DNA of 61,668 bases, counting the filler, from Candidatus Omnitrophota bacterium (GTDB lineage: Bacteria; Omnitrophota; Gorgyraeia; Zapsychrales; JBDRMG01): NCBI GenBank assembly GCA_043812495.1. It is 9 parts of 9 records of this genome, joined end to end, with 100 filler letters (N's around TTAATTAATTAA, not from the genome) between each part and the next. Parts side by side here need not be neighbours in the genome. Positions count along the whole stretch, not along the records: positions 16,975 to 21,515 come from JBDRMG010000037.1; positions 21,616 to 42,725 come from JBDRMG010000038.1; 7 more parts are not named here. One strand, given 5' to 3'. The notes under the pieces are model-generated. The model was not told the DNA's origin and ran no database searches. It saw nothing but the letters and a program-made list of their open reading frames with translations. The position numbers were made by a program, and so were the translations under genes. This document shows, piece after piece, positions 16,976 through 27,562 of this stretch; the stretch's first letter is position 1; the number at the start of each line of letters is the position of its first letter.

Positions 16976-19900
16976 GGCACACCCCAATATCAACCGGAAG
17001 AAGATGAAGAGTTGAGGAGACAAAAAAAGGAAGCCATTAAGAACGAAATCATTGCTTTCTACAGACGAACCGATTTTTCGCGAACGAAAACCTTCAACAT
17101 CACGGACTTTCTTGGCCCAAATGCTCTTGAGCGCGGTGTAGTTCTGAAATCCTTCCCTCTTCCCAATGAAAAGATATGGGGCGCATATCAGAGTATGCAG
17201 GTTGGCACAAGTTTAGCTCAAGTCCAATACCAGATTGACATGCAAAGCGCGGAAGATATCACCATGACCATCACCGGTTACAAGGAAGACGCCGAAGGCA
17301 ACGAATACGAAAACGCCCGCAGCACCTGGCAGTGGCTTAAAAAAGAAGGAAAATTCCGGTATGTCTCTGAAGCAGATCAGCTTTCTGAACTTATCCAAAA
17401 GCATGACCTTGTTGAATCCATTGCCTCGATTGAGGATCCTAACGTATTATTAAGCTATATCATGCTAAGCAGTCCGAATCTTCCCTTGGAAATAGCCCAA
17501 AGCCTTGTCACGCGTTCTTTCCGCGGCCTTCGAAGCGGCATTGAAACCCCGGATAAGCTCAAAGAGTATCATCTCTACCGGGAAACTGATCACGATATCC
17601 TCCTTTCGGATACCGTTGACCATACCGGCAACAACCTTATTGAAGTCAAAGGAAAGGTCCAGGGAGGATATTCTGCCGTCCAGGTCACGGGTGACAGGAC
17701 GCAGGTGGTCCAAACAGACAAAGACGGGAATTTCCACGCCCGCTTTATTCTCCGTCCGGCCTCTAAAACGACATTGATCTTTGTCGGCTTTGACAGCGAG
17801 AAGCACACCCGCACAAGGCCGAAAGAATTAACCATTCATCAGACAAGCCCGGCCCAGGACACCGAAGACATGTTTCTGGCCCTGCTAACCGCCAAAAAAG
17901 ACGTCCGCGAAAGAATCCAGCAGAAACCCGAACAACTCCGTTATATGGTCAGAAAGATCGAGCGAAGCGTCCTGAAATACTTCACGGAAGATGAAGCCAT
18001 TGGCTTTGCCCACTTACAAAAAAGAATCCAATCAGCGCCCGATGAACTTATCAAAGGTATCTATGAATCTATTGATGGAAAATTCAAACGCGTAGCCGAG
18101 TTGACCATCCCCGGTTTTCGCTCAACAGAGCGTCAGTTCTTCTTCCAGAAATACGCTCATGACTGGATGCGGCAAAAGAAAAAAGATTCCCAATGCCCGG
18201 GTGTCATTCTCGCTTTAGAGCAGGGCTTGGGCAAGACCCTGATATTACTGTCGTTTTCACGCGGGAATGAAGATGGTGCTATGATCATTGCCCCCAATGC
18301 GGTCGTGAGTATATGGGGTGAGCAGGAAGGCAAATTCTTTGAGGATAATCTGCTTGCCATTATCCGCGGAACTTCTTTGGAAAAGACACAGGCCATTGAA
18401 GCCGCTGGAAATGATCCCAAGGTTGCGAATCTCGAATTCCTGAGAAACACTTCGCATAATCGTTTTGTTGCGATGAACGTTAATGATGGACAAGACGTCA
18501 TCATTGACGAAAGCCAGTTTATCGGCCGCACAGGCACCCTGCAGACGCAAGGCGCCCACAGGCTCAGAGGCGCCTTTACAGTTCTCTCCAGCGCCACGCC
18601 TTATGCCAGGCCTGAACAGATGCGCGCTGTCTTTGATTTTCTCATTAAAGTCAAAGGAATGCTCAAAAGCAGGGCCGCTTTTGAGAGAGCCTTTGATAAA
18701 GCAGACCCTGAGGCCCTGCGAATGCTTCATTTTCTCTTTGATGAGTATGTTCTCAGGATAAAAAAAGACGATGTCTTTCGTCTGCAGGAAGATCCTCAAT
18801 CTCTTCAGCGAAACCGTCTGCCCAATAAGCACTATGTGGATTCGCAAGAACTAGGAGAGTTCACTCTTACGGAAAGCCAGTGTCATTCCATTGTGCAGAT
18901 GTTTGTTTTTTGGGATGAATGGAGAGAAAAACACCTGTCAACAGGAAGAAGGACACGTGATGATGAACTCCTTCAAAGGGGACGCGGAGGAGACTCCTTC
19001 TCTAAAAAGCACTCCTTAAGGCAAGCCATGAACAGTCCTGGCTATACCGGCGGAGCTGAGGAATCACCCAAACACGCGGCCATGGACAAAATCATCGAAA
19101 AAGAAGTCAAAGGCAATAAGGCCAAGGTCATTATCTTCACCCAGTACATGCAGCAGGTCAGAGACTATTACGAGCGCTACAAACAACAGGGCTTGGGTGT
19201 CCTGACATTATATAGTGAGACCGCTTTAACCGAAGGCCTTCATGTCAAAAGAGGATATCTGACGGATCATGAAGGCCATATCCGATACTTCCGAATGAAA
19301 AGCAAAAATGAATACGCCATAGGAAAAGACGGTCGGCCCGTGGAAGTCAAAGGTAAAGAGAAGGGGTCTCCCATCACTCCTTTGGACTATAACCGCCTTG
19401 CCTCCCAGAATGACCCGACAATAAATATCGTCATCACCACCTATGAAACAGGCGCTTTTGGCCTGACCCTCACCGCAAGAGACGTGGCTGTCTTTGATGA
19501 CCTGGCCAGAGACTATTCCCAGCAATACCAGGCTGAGGAACGCATCAACCGCATTGATAATGACAGGCTTAAATTCGCAAACAGATATTACTTCCTCAGG
19601 GCGAAATATCCAGAATCCTTCCTTGAGCAAACAAAGAGATTCTCTGTCATTGTTCATAAACGCTCGGGTCATAGAGAGATTATTCCCACCGAAAGCATTA
19701 CACAACAGCAGCGCCGGAATAAAGATCTTGAAATCCGGTCTTTATATCGCTACTACCTTGCTCAAGGAACCTACGATGAAGTGCATGGAAAGAATCTTAG
19801 AGCGCAAGAAGCCGCATTTAATATCATGATGGAAGGCTTTTCGGATGCGGAAGACACGCGACTTTTTGGCGGGCAAAGAGAGAAAGAGGCCATGCCGTTC

Positions 19901-21515
19901 CTTTTTGAGGACAATGGCCAAAACAATACAGGGATGACCTTAGCATCCAAAGATGCTGAAGTCGACCAAACCCTCTCAGCCAACATCTTCACGCCTGAGG
20001 CTGTCGCGGCCATCGGGCTTGTCCTCACGCTCGCGGGGATCATGATCGCGCACAGCTTCTTTAAAAATCGAAGGAATTCGGCATTTGAGCAGAGCAGCGC
20101 AGGGAAAAGCAATGTTTTTGCCGCCAACCTGCCGATACTAGATGCGCTTGGGCTCACGGTGATTATGTCTGTGATCATAGGCATGATTGCATGGGAAGTT
20201 ATGAAACAATATGAAAAAGATTCGAAGGATAATCAATCGGATCATGTCGCCGCTTCAAACGCAGAAAAACACCTTCCAGAAGATAGTAATGCTTCCGATG
20301 AAACAATACAGCCTTTCTGGTCAATCAGCAGAATTAGCGAATTCCTCAAGAGACACCAGCTCCTTAAAGCCGCTGGCTTGGCAGCTACAGCTGCTTTTGT
20401 CGTAGGTTTGCCGGTTGTCGTTGATGCCCAAACCAGCACATCGAACTTAAGCGCTTATGGGGAAAAGATCAACCCTGATGCGCTTAAGAATACTCAGGTC
20501 GTGGATGATAATGCAATGCCGTATACGAGCGAAGAGATAGCAGATATAGCATTTGCTGCTGCCAATCCGGCTGATAACACCTTTATTTATCCTAAAATTA
20601 TAAATGATGATCTGAGATTATATATTAATTTATCTATTGCTTCTCAGATAAGGGAGTACAACTTTTATAACAATTCTAAGCCGGTTATTGTAGTTATTGA
20701 TGAGCAGTACCATAGTACTGAGTTGGCAATCGCAGCTTTTAAACGCGGATTTAATTTGACCGAAAAACTTCTTGAGATTTATGATACCTTACTATTTTCG
20801 GAAGAAGGGGCGCCTTATGGTGAGATTTTCCCAGATTTTCTTCAGGATAGCACACCTTCAAATCCAAGAGTATTTAGGAACTTTTCTGAAGAGCAACTTT
20901 TAGTACTAATTATTGAGGGACTCTCAATACCACAATCATTGAAGCTTGCGCATCCTGATAGAACAATTATTGATTTTGGCATTGATGATACGACTTTGCT
21001 AGCTGAGATGGATGATAAAATAGCATCTAGAACGGTAAATACTTTACTCTTAGAGTTGATGCGTCAAGATAATATAGAAGATTACTTTGTAAAAGAAGTA
21101 GAAGAATCGCTTGCAAGAACAATTGAAGAAGGAAATGAATTAATAAAAAGACGTAGCGAAATAGGTATTAGTAATTTCTATAAGGTTGCTGATTCTCTAA
21201 AATTACCCGTCAATATCTTTATCATGGGCGATTTACATACGCAGGATGTTGTAGATTACTTGCGCAAAGAAGAAATTCCTTATTATCTTGTCCTTCCTGA
21301 TATTCATCCGAAATTTGATTGGAAATTAGAAGATATTGAGAGATTGAATAAGCAAGCAGAATCGTTATTCCCGTCACAAGTATCCGATCCAATTTCATCC
21401 CGGCAGCCAACTGATGACCAATTCCTGGCAACGGCTATTGCCGGAAAGGATGCTGCGGCGCCTATGCTTGCTTTAACTAAGGCGCCTGTAGATACTAATC
21501 CTCAACGCTTGGAGG
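16976..21515 (+). CDS. Fragment of a giant multidomain protein (Ig-like, SNF2-like helicase, hydrophobic linkers, TraB/ChaN-like domain); partial at both ends
   Basis: Open across the whole contig; EQGLGKT, IIDESQ, SATP, KVIIFTQY, GLTLT, QAEERINRI. Confidence 0.82.
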
Positions 21516-21615
21516 NNNNNNNNNNNNNNNNNNNNNNNNNNNNNNNNNNNNNNNNNNNNTTAATTAATTAANNNNNNNNNNNNNNNNNNNNNNNNNNNNN
21601 NNNNNNNNNNNNNNN

Positions 21616-21777
21616 ATCCAGTAGAATAAGATCAATGTCGCTTTTCTTGCGCATAAGTATATTAGCTACTTCTAACGCATTGGGCGCATCCAGAACCTTG
21701 AAACCTTGTTCCTTCAGCAGTTTCTTGTATTTCTTTCGGAAATCTTTTTCATCATCCACAATAAGTACTGTTCTCAT
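21616..21777 (-). CDS. Response regulator, N-terminal part (cut by contig end)
   Basis: MRTVLIVDDE...IDLILLD. Confidence 0.85.
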
Positions 21778-21791
21778 GGGTCAACCTCTTT

Positions 21792-21885
21792 TCAATGAGC
21801 CCGCCATTGATTCAGTGGCGGGCGAATTGACCTCGCCTCTTGCCCCGCAAAATGCGGGGCGGCAGGGTCAAGCAAATACAAAATA
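21792..21885. repeat. Composite hairpin element (TCAATGA..GAATTGAC..CAAATACAA scaffold)
   Basis: Same scaffold at 33108-33278, 35272-35405 and, in part, 53044-53099. Confidence 0.75.
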
Positions 21886-22066
21886 CTATTTTTTCTTGAT
21901 CTTCTTATAACTTAAGAATCATTGTATCCAATAATTCTTATTTGTCAACACGTTCGTATACCCTCATAACACTTCGTAAGGAACATCCTTGAGAGATAGA
22001 TGCTTAGCACAACGTAAACATCGGAGGTTTTTTAAATATTTTCTATTCGAGCGGGTATACTCAGTG

Positions 22067-22117
22067 TTGACACATTCGGCCCTTGACATCAAAGATGTCA
22101 AGGGCCGAATGTGTCAA
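22067..22117. repeat. Perfect 24-bp inverted repeat with AAA loop
   Basis: ttgacacattcggcccttgacatc-aaa-gatgtcaagggccgaatgtgtcaa. Confidence 0.9.
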
Positions 22118-22201
22118 TTTTATAATATCAAGACGCCTTTTCTGAGAAAAATGGTTCTGGGCACAAGTGGCCTTTCGACAGCTCTTTTTCGGAACTCATC
22201 A

Positions 22202-24394
22202 TCAACTTCTTTCCTTCAGCAGTGCCTTGAGGGCCTTTAGATTGAGAAAATACGGTATGATATTGGAGTAGGCGTCACTCCAGGGTCTTTGCAATCCATG
22301 TTGTTCCACCGAAACAGTATTCCACTGATATTTGGACAAAAGTTTTTCGTAGGTATCCTTGTCCCACGTCAAGGCGACCCAATCCGAATTATACCGTTTG
22401 CTGATGTAATCATTGTCTTGCTTAAAAGCCATGTAAGCGTCGGTACTCGATGCTGTCATCATAAAAGCAAGGGGAAGATTCATATAGCGATTAGTAAGAT
22501 GAAGAATAACAATTCCGTCTTTTGTCAAATGGCGCTGATAAATCTTTATGGCTTCTACCGTCAGCAAATGAACAGGCACGGAATCTCCGCTAAAGGCATC
22601 CACGACTAGAATCTGATAATTTTGCGGATCCATTTTCTCTAAAGACAACCTCGCATCGCCGACGATGAATTTCTTCTCGCCTTGGGATATATCCAAATAC
22701 GTAAAATATTCTTGGGCGATCGAAACAATATCGGGATCCAATTCGAAAAGATCAACCTGCTGCCCTTTCTTGAGATACGTGGCGAGCGCCCCTGTTCCCA
22801 GACCGATCATCCCGACGCGCCGGATATTCGACTCATGAATCAGCCATTCGGCAACCGGTGATTTCGGGTTGTAATACGTGAGCGGAACATAGCTGATTTT
22901 CGGGTCAATAAACTGAGCCCCATGAACAGTATTTCCGTTTGTCAAAAGGCGGACACCATGCTCCTCAAAAACCCTCTTGATGCCGTAATAATTGCGCCGA
23001 CTAAAAACATACTTTGACTTAAACCACAAAGGCTCGATGGTCTGAAGCAAAATCGTGCTGGCTAATAATCCGACGACAAGGGCCAGTCTATCTTTTCTTA
23101 TAAGAAAAATAAAGAATCCTGCGCAGAACGCCCATCCCAAAAGTCCTGCCTGCCCGAATTGTTCGGAAAATTTCGGTCCGAAATATAAAGCCGCAATAAA
23201 TCCGACGACGCTCAAAAGATTCATCCAAGAAAATGATATCTTGGGACTCTCGAGCAGCCAAGCCAGGCAGACAAAGAACAAGGCAAGAAAATATTCCAAA
23301 TGGGACGAAGATATCAGCGGAGCAATCCACGTAGCGATCAGCCCGCCGCAAAATCCACCCAGAGAAACGACAAAATAATAAAATGTTAATTGTCGCGCAT
23401 CCGGCCGCAGGGCATAGAGCCGGCTCTGACAAAATAGGCAAATGATCAACAACAGAAATAGCAAAACTATCAGACTAACCAGCATGGGTATGACTTCCCT
23501 GGCCATCGCGAAATAAAACAGGATGCTAAAGGCTATCACGGCAAACATGGCGCGGTTAATCCATCGGGGACACCAGGGATTCTTTTTGAAATTCAAAACA
23601 TAGGACAGTAGATAAATCACCAAAGGAATCATCCAGAATAAAGGCACAGGCGCGATTTCTTCGGTTACCAAATTGGTCACAGACAGAAACATCATGACCC
23701 CTGCAACGCCATAGAAAAACCATATCCAGACTTTGGTTGTTGTCCATACTAGGCCCCCCAATAGGGCCTTCTCCCTTGTTTGTTGTTGCACCCAGACAAA
23801 TTTCAGACACAACAGATAGAGGAGAACAACAAAACAATAACCCGCGCGCCAAATATGCTGCTGAACATTCAAATCGAAAACCATCTCAAAGATAAAAGGA
23901 TAGCTGACTAAGGCCAGAAAGGATCCGAAATTTGAAACAGAAAACAGCACATAAGGATTGTTTCTTTCACTGAGAGTGGATTGTGAGATCCAGGACTGGC
24001 AGATGATGCTCATCGTTGAGAGAACAAAGAAAACCGGACCGATGGAGAGCGCAAGCCGCCAAAAGACTTCGATGACCATCGGCCATTCGAGCGATGCATA
24101 TTTCAAGGCCAACGCTTTTCCGGGAAAAAATAGCGCGGGGAGAATCAAAAGCAATAAATGAAATTTACGATAGCGCGCAATCCCCAGCCATTGGATGACA
24201 TAATGCGCATACATGTATCCCAAGAGAAGTGCCGCCTGAAAAAAAACAATGCATGCGCCCCAGACCATGAAGCTTCCGCCAAAATTCGGCAATAATATTT
24301 TCCCGATGATAAACTCTATCTGGAACAAAAGAAAGGCGGAGAGAAAGACGAGGAAACGGATGATCCAAATACTATTCAATGAAATTCCTTTCAA
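22202..24394 (-). CDS. Fused membrane domain / spermidine-synthase-like methyltransferase
   Basis: Multi-TM N terminus (SAFLLFQIE, VWGACIVFFQ); C-terminal IGLGTG, FELDP, VDAFSGDSVPVHLLT. Confidence 0.9.
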   Translation of the reverse strand: MKGISLNSIWIIRFLVFLSAFLLFQIEFIIGKILLPNFGGSFMVWGACIVFFQAALLLGYMYAHYVIQWLGIARYRKFHLLLLILPALFFPGKALALKYASLEWPMVIEVFWRLALSIGPVFFVLSTMSIICQSWISQSTLSERNNPYVLFSVSNFGSFLALVSYPFIFEMVFDLNVQQHIWRAGYCFVVLLYLLCLKFVWVQQQTREKALLGGLVWTTTKVWIWFFYGVAGVMMFLSVTNLVTEEIAPVPLFWMIPLVIYLLSYVLNFKKNPWCPRWINRAMFAVIAFSILFYFAMAREVIPMLVSLIVLLFLLLIICLFCQSRLYALRPDARQLTFYYFVVSLGGFCGGLIATWIAPLISSSHLEYFLALFFVCLAWLLESPKISFSWMNLLSVVGFIAALYFGPKFSEQFGQAGLLGWAFCAGFFIFLIRKDRLALVVGLLASTILLQTIEPLWFKSKYVFSRRNYYGIKRVFEEHGVRLLTNGNTVHGAQFIDPKISYVPLTYYNPKSPVAEWLIHESNIRRVGMIGLGTGALATYLKKGQQVDLFELDPDIVSIAQEYFTYLDISQGEKKFIVGDARLSLEKMDPQNYQILVVDAFSGDSVPVHLLTVEAIKIYQRHLTKDGIVILHLTNRYMNLPLAFMMTASSTDAYMAFKQDNDYISKRYNSDWVALTWDKDTYEKLLSKYQWNTVSVEQHGLQRPWSDAYSNIIPYFLNLKALKALLKERS

Positions 24395-24417
24395 TAAGAT
24401 CTGCGCTTAGGGAATTA

Positions 24418-24520
24418 TTGACTTTCTCTTTATTAAAGGAACGGTGGAAGTCAATATTAGGTCTTCTTTCTCGTATAGAGAGAATATTATTGACTGTTCC
24501 ATTAATAAGGAAAAGACCAA
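24418..24520 (+). mobile_element. 103-bp MITE, copy 1, TA target duplication
   Basis: TA at 24416-17 and 24521-22; imperfect terminal inverted repeats; identical to the reverse complement of 32767-32869. Confidence 0.88.
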
Positions 24521-24568
24521 TAAGAAAATTAAATAATAATATTCTCTTTATTTGCTCAAAGACAATTC

Positions 24569-25069
24569 TCATATAAGTGACTGGATGAACTCTCTGACTT
24601 TCTCTTCAATTGCGTTTCTGACTTCTCGAAAATACTCGAGATCATGATCCTTGGGATCTTTGATGTCCCATTCGATATGTTTCTTTGCTGAAACAAAAGG
24701 ACATACATCTTTGCATCCGAGCGAAATGACATAGTCTATATCTTTTACATAAAGATCCTCAAAACCCTTTGATTTGACTTTTGAGATATCGATTTCGCTC
24801 TCAGCCATGACCTTATTGGCCTTTTCCTTATTAAGGACTTAGCGGTAGGCCAATTTTGACCTTTTTCCTCTAGAAAAAAGGCCAAATATTGACTTCCACT
24901 AATTCTTTGAATGAGAAAGGTCAATAACGGCATCCGGATGAACCTGGCCGGATGGTCTGGAACCGGCGCTATAAGCGCTGATCTTCCCCTCGCCAAAAGC
25001 TCTAGCAAAACCTTCGGCCATCTGGCTCCGGCAAGAGTTTTCTATGCAAACAAATAAGATTTTTGTCAT
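24569..25069 (-). pseudogene. arsC: Arsenate reductase (LMW-PTP fold) interrupted by a MITE
   Basis: MTKILFVCIENSCRSQMAEG...HPDAV, then a 111-nt insertion with TAG and TAA in frame, then KVMAE...LGCKDVCP...WDIKDP; removing it gives a 129-aa ArsC. Confidence 0.88.
24816..24924 (-). mobile_element. 109-bp MITE variant inside arsC, TA target duplication
   Basis: TA at 24814-15 and 24925-26; shares TTGAC, GTGGAAGTCAATATT and TTAATAAGGAAAAG with the 103-bp element. Confidence 0.85.
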
Positions 25070-25121
25070 CTATTTGATGTGAACTTAGAAATTCTCATTT
25101 TCTTAAGAAAGCATCTTGTGA

Positions 25122-27527
25122 TTAGCCTAGCCGCTTCCTTCTAGCAAGACTGAGTAAGAAAATGATGATTGCCATGGATGTAAAACTTATGGCAAGTCCC
25201 CAATAAAACGATAGGGGGCGAAAAACAAACCGGACTTTATGTTCGCCCGCCGGAAGGTAAACCGCGCGTACCAAAGAATCGGCGAGATAAATCTTTTCCG
25301 GTTTTCCGTTAACAAAGACTTTCCAGTCCGAATGATAGGCATCACCCAAAACAAGAAAACCAGGATTTTCAAGATGGGCCTGAACAACGACCTCATTGGG
25401 CGTATATTGAGTAATGGTCGCTTTTGAGTTGTCGGACATCGGCACCGTGCTTAATTGCTGGACAATCGGGGCAATCGGTTCGTGCAAAATCATGATGCCC
25501 TGATCAAGCATACGGCGCATCAATTTAACCGCGTCATAGAGTTCCTGTTCGGTGGGCGTAAAGAATACTCGATGCACGATAAAGGCCCTGGGCAAGGCAT
25601 TTGTTCTTTCATAAACACTCACTTCTTTGTTGTAAATCAACCAGGTCGGTTTATCCAAATTCACTTTGATCTTCAGTAGTTTTTCCGGCTCCTTACTTGG
25701 AATCAGCAGATCCGGAAGACCATCCCCATCGGTATCCGGCGGTCCTATGAGGTAGCGGACATTGAGCACGTTTAATAATTCATTGGTATCCGGTAAGCTG
25801 ATCGTGCGCAAGGCCGGCGAATGCATATCTAAATTCTGTTTGAAATTATTTCTTAAAACGAGGTTGTTGACGGTTTTCACAAAACGAATAGGCAGGAAAT
25901 CCTGAAAAATTCCAAAGTCATCGACTTGATAGGATGTGGCGGTATTCGGATAAAATGCCCACAACACACCGTAGGCCCTTTGTCGTTCGGGCTGATTTCT
26001 CAAGAATTCAATGTAGGGCACTTCGGGAAAGGAATCGAAGCGCTTGACGTGTTCGCGGTGAATATAGCAAAATAATTCGAATAAAATGATAAAAACAATC
26101 AGAACGGAAATTTTGCCGCGCGAGAGCCACCGTTTGTCTCTAATGAGTAAAATCAACTGGAAAATCATCAATAAAGCCAAAGCAAAAATACTGGCATTAA
26201 TGGAAAGGGACCGGTAAGCGGCACCCCGAAAAATATAAAGATGGATCGCTACGATGACGGTCAATAAACCGCTGTAGACCAAACCCTTTTTAAAAACATG
26301 CTTGCCGGCACAGATCATCCGTATGCCCATACCGCCCAAAACAGCCACGCAAAGCGAGGACAAATGCAACGTATGAATCGCAAAGCGGCACAAATTGAAT
26401 AAAGGCAAATAACCGATGAGGTTAATCACCGGGACGTTATAGCTTTTTCCGATAATGACCACGGTTGAGATGCCAAAGAAATAATTCAAGCCTCTCTTCT
26501 GTCTTTTGAATAAACTTAAAAAACCTAAAGCGAGCGGTATGGTGCCCAAATACCCACCCCACCATCCGGCGAATTGAAAATTAAAATCGAGCGATTCTTT
26601 CTGAAAAAAATGAGGAAGGGCTAAAGTCAGGGCGCGTTCTCTAACCTCCTCCAAAAGAAGGCCAACTCCCGGCGGATGGGCATGCCAGAATTCGCTGACA
26701 AAGTTTCGTAAAAACGGGAAAAGAACCATAGCGGAAAGGCCGAGGCCAAGGGTATACGCGCAAAGAAGATAAACGAGGCATTTTCTAATCTGAATACTTC
26801 GTCGCAGAGCCATCATGCGATAACAAAGAAAAGCAAAGGCAAAGGCATTGACCAAAAAGATATGCTCTGGATGGCCTCCAAAGAAAGTTAAGGCAACTGC
26901 CACAGCCATAAAAATAAGGTTGCGCTTTGTTGTCGTTCTCAACAGGCGCTCCATGCTCAAGATCAATAAAGGCGCAATGATGTCGACGTTCACAAACCAA
27001 TAATGCATCAGGACCATAGGCCCTGTGAACATGTAGATGACGGCGGAACCCACGGACGGAATCGGCTTGAACCGAAACGTACGCATCATCCAGTAAACAA
27101 AGAGGCCTCCGCAGAGCATGCGCGCGAAAATAAAAACATCCCAACCAAAGAAATTAGGCAAAAGATAAAGAATAAAATGCAAAGGAAAAAACATGCCGAC
27201 CTGAATCATGCCGATCAGGGCATATCCGGCGGCCTGATGAGGATTCCATAAGGGCACGATTCCCTGTTTTAAACTCTGTTTGATAAATTCATAAATAGGC
27301 TCTTCCAAGACAGACGGATCTGTTCCGTTGGTAGGGATAAAACGGGGTTTGTTGTTTTGCTGACCATAGACACCGTAGGGAAGAGCTTGTGAATTAACGG
27401 TTGTGGCTTTAAAGGTCTTGCCGAGAAAAACAACATCATAATAGAAAATAGCGAGCAGGGCACACAGAAGGCCAATCACAATTAGGTTTTCTTTGGATTT
27501 ATTAAAAGGCAATAGCTTGCAGCTCAT
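25122..27527 (-). CDS. YfhO-family membrane protein (GT-C-like)
   Basis: PLWNP, GGHPE, LPRAF, YHSDWKVFVNG and RAVYLPAGEHKVRF. Confidence 0.88.
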   Translation of the reverse strand: MSCKLLPFNKSKENLIVIGLLCALLAIFYYDVVFLGKTFKATTVNSQALPYGVYGQQNNKPRFIPTNGTDPSVLEEPIYEFIKQSLKQGIVPLWNPHQAAGYALIGMIQVGMFFPLHFILYLLPNFFGWDVFIFARMLCGGLFVYWMMRTFRFKPIPSVGSAVIYMFTGPMVLMHYWFVNVDIIAPLLILSMERLLRTTTKRNLIFMAVAVALTFFGGHPEHIFLVNAFAFAFLCYRMMALRRSIQIRKCLVYLLCAYTLGLGLSAMVLFPFLRNFVSEFWHAHPPGVGLLLEEVRERALTLALPHFFQKESLDFNFQFAGWWGGYLGTIPLALGFLSLFKRQKRGLNYFFGISTVVIIGKSYNVPVINLIGYLPLFNLCRFAIHTLHLSSLCVAVLGGMGIRMICAGKHVFKKGLVYSGLLTVIVAIHLYIFRGAAYRSLSINASIFALALLMIFQLILLIRDKRWLSRGKISVLIVFIILFELFCYIHREHVKRFDSFPEVPYIEFLRNQPERQRAYGVLWAFYPNTATSYQVDDFGIFQDFLPIRFVKTVNNLVLRNNFKQNLDMHSPALRTISLPDTNELLNVLNVRYLIGPPDTDGDGLPDLLIPSKEPEKLLKIKVNLDKPTWLIYNKEVSVYERTNALPRAFIVHRVFFTPTEQELYDAVKLMRRMLDQGIMILHEPIAPIVQQLSTVPMSDNSKATITQYTPNEVVVQAHLENPGFLVLGDAYHSDWKVFVNGKPEKIYLADSLVRAVYLPAGEHKVRFVFRPLSFYWGLAISFTSMAIIIFLLSLARRKRLG

Positions 27528-27562
27528 AACTAATTATTCTGAAGGTTCTATTCGAGCAAGAC

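Noticed and set aside
24372..24576. Two overlapping 65-66-aa ORFs on opposite strands
   Set aside because: Mostly the open frames of the MITE; no independent coding evidence.
24745..25008. 87-aa ORF overlapping arsC
   Set aside because: Alternative frame across arsC and the MITE variant.
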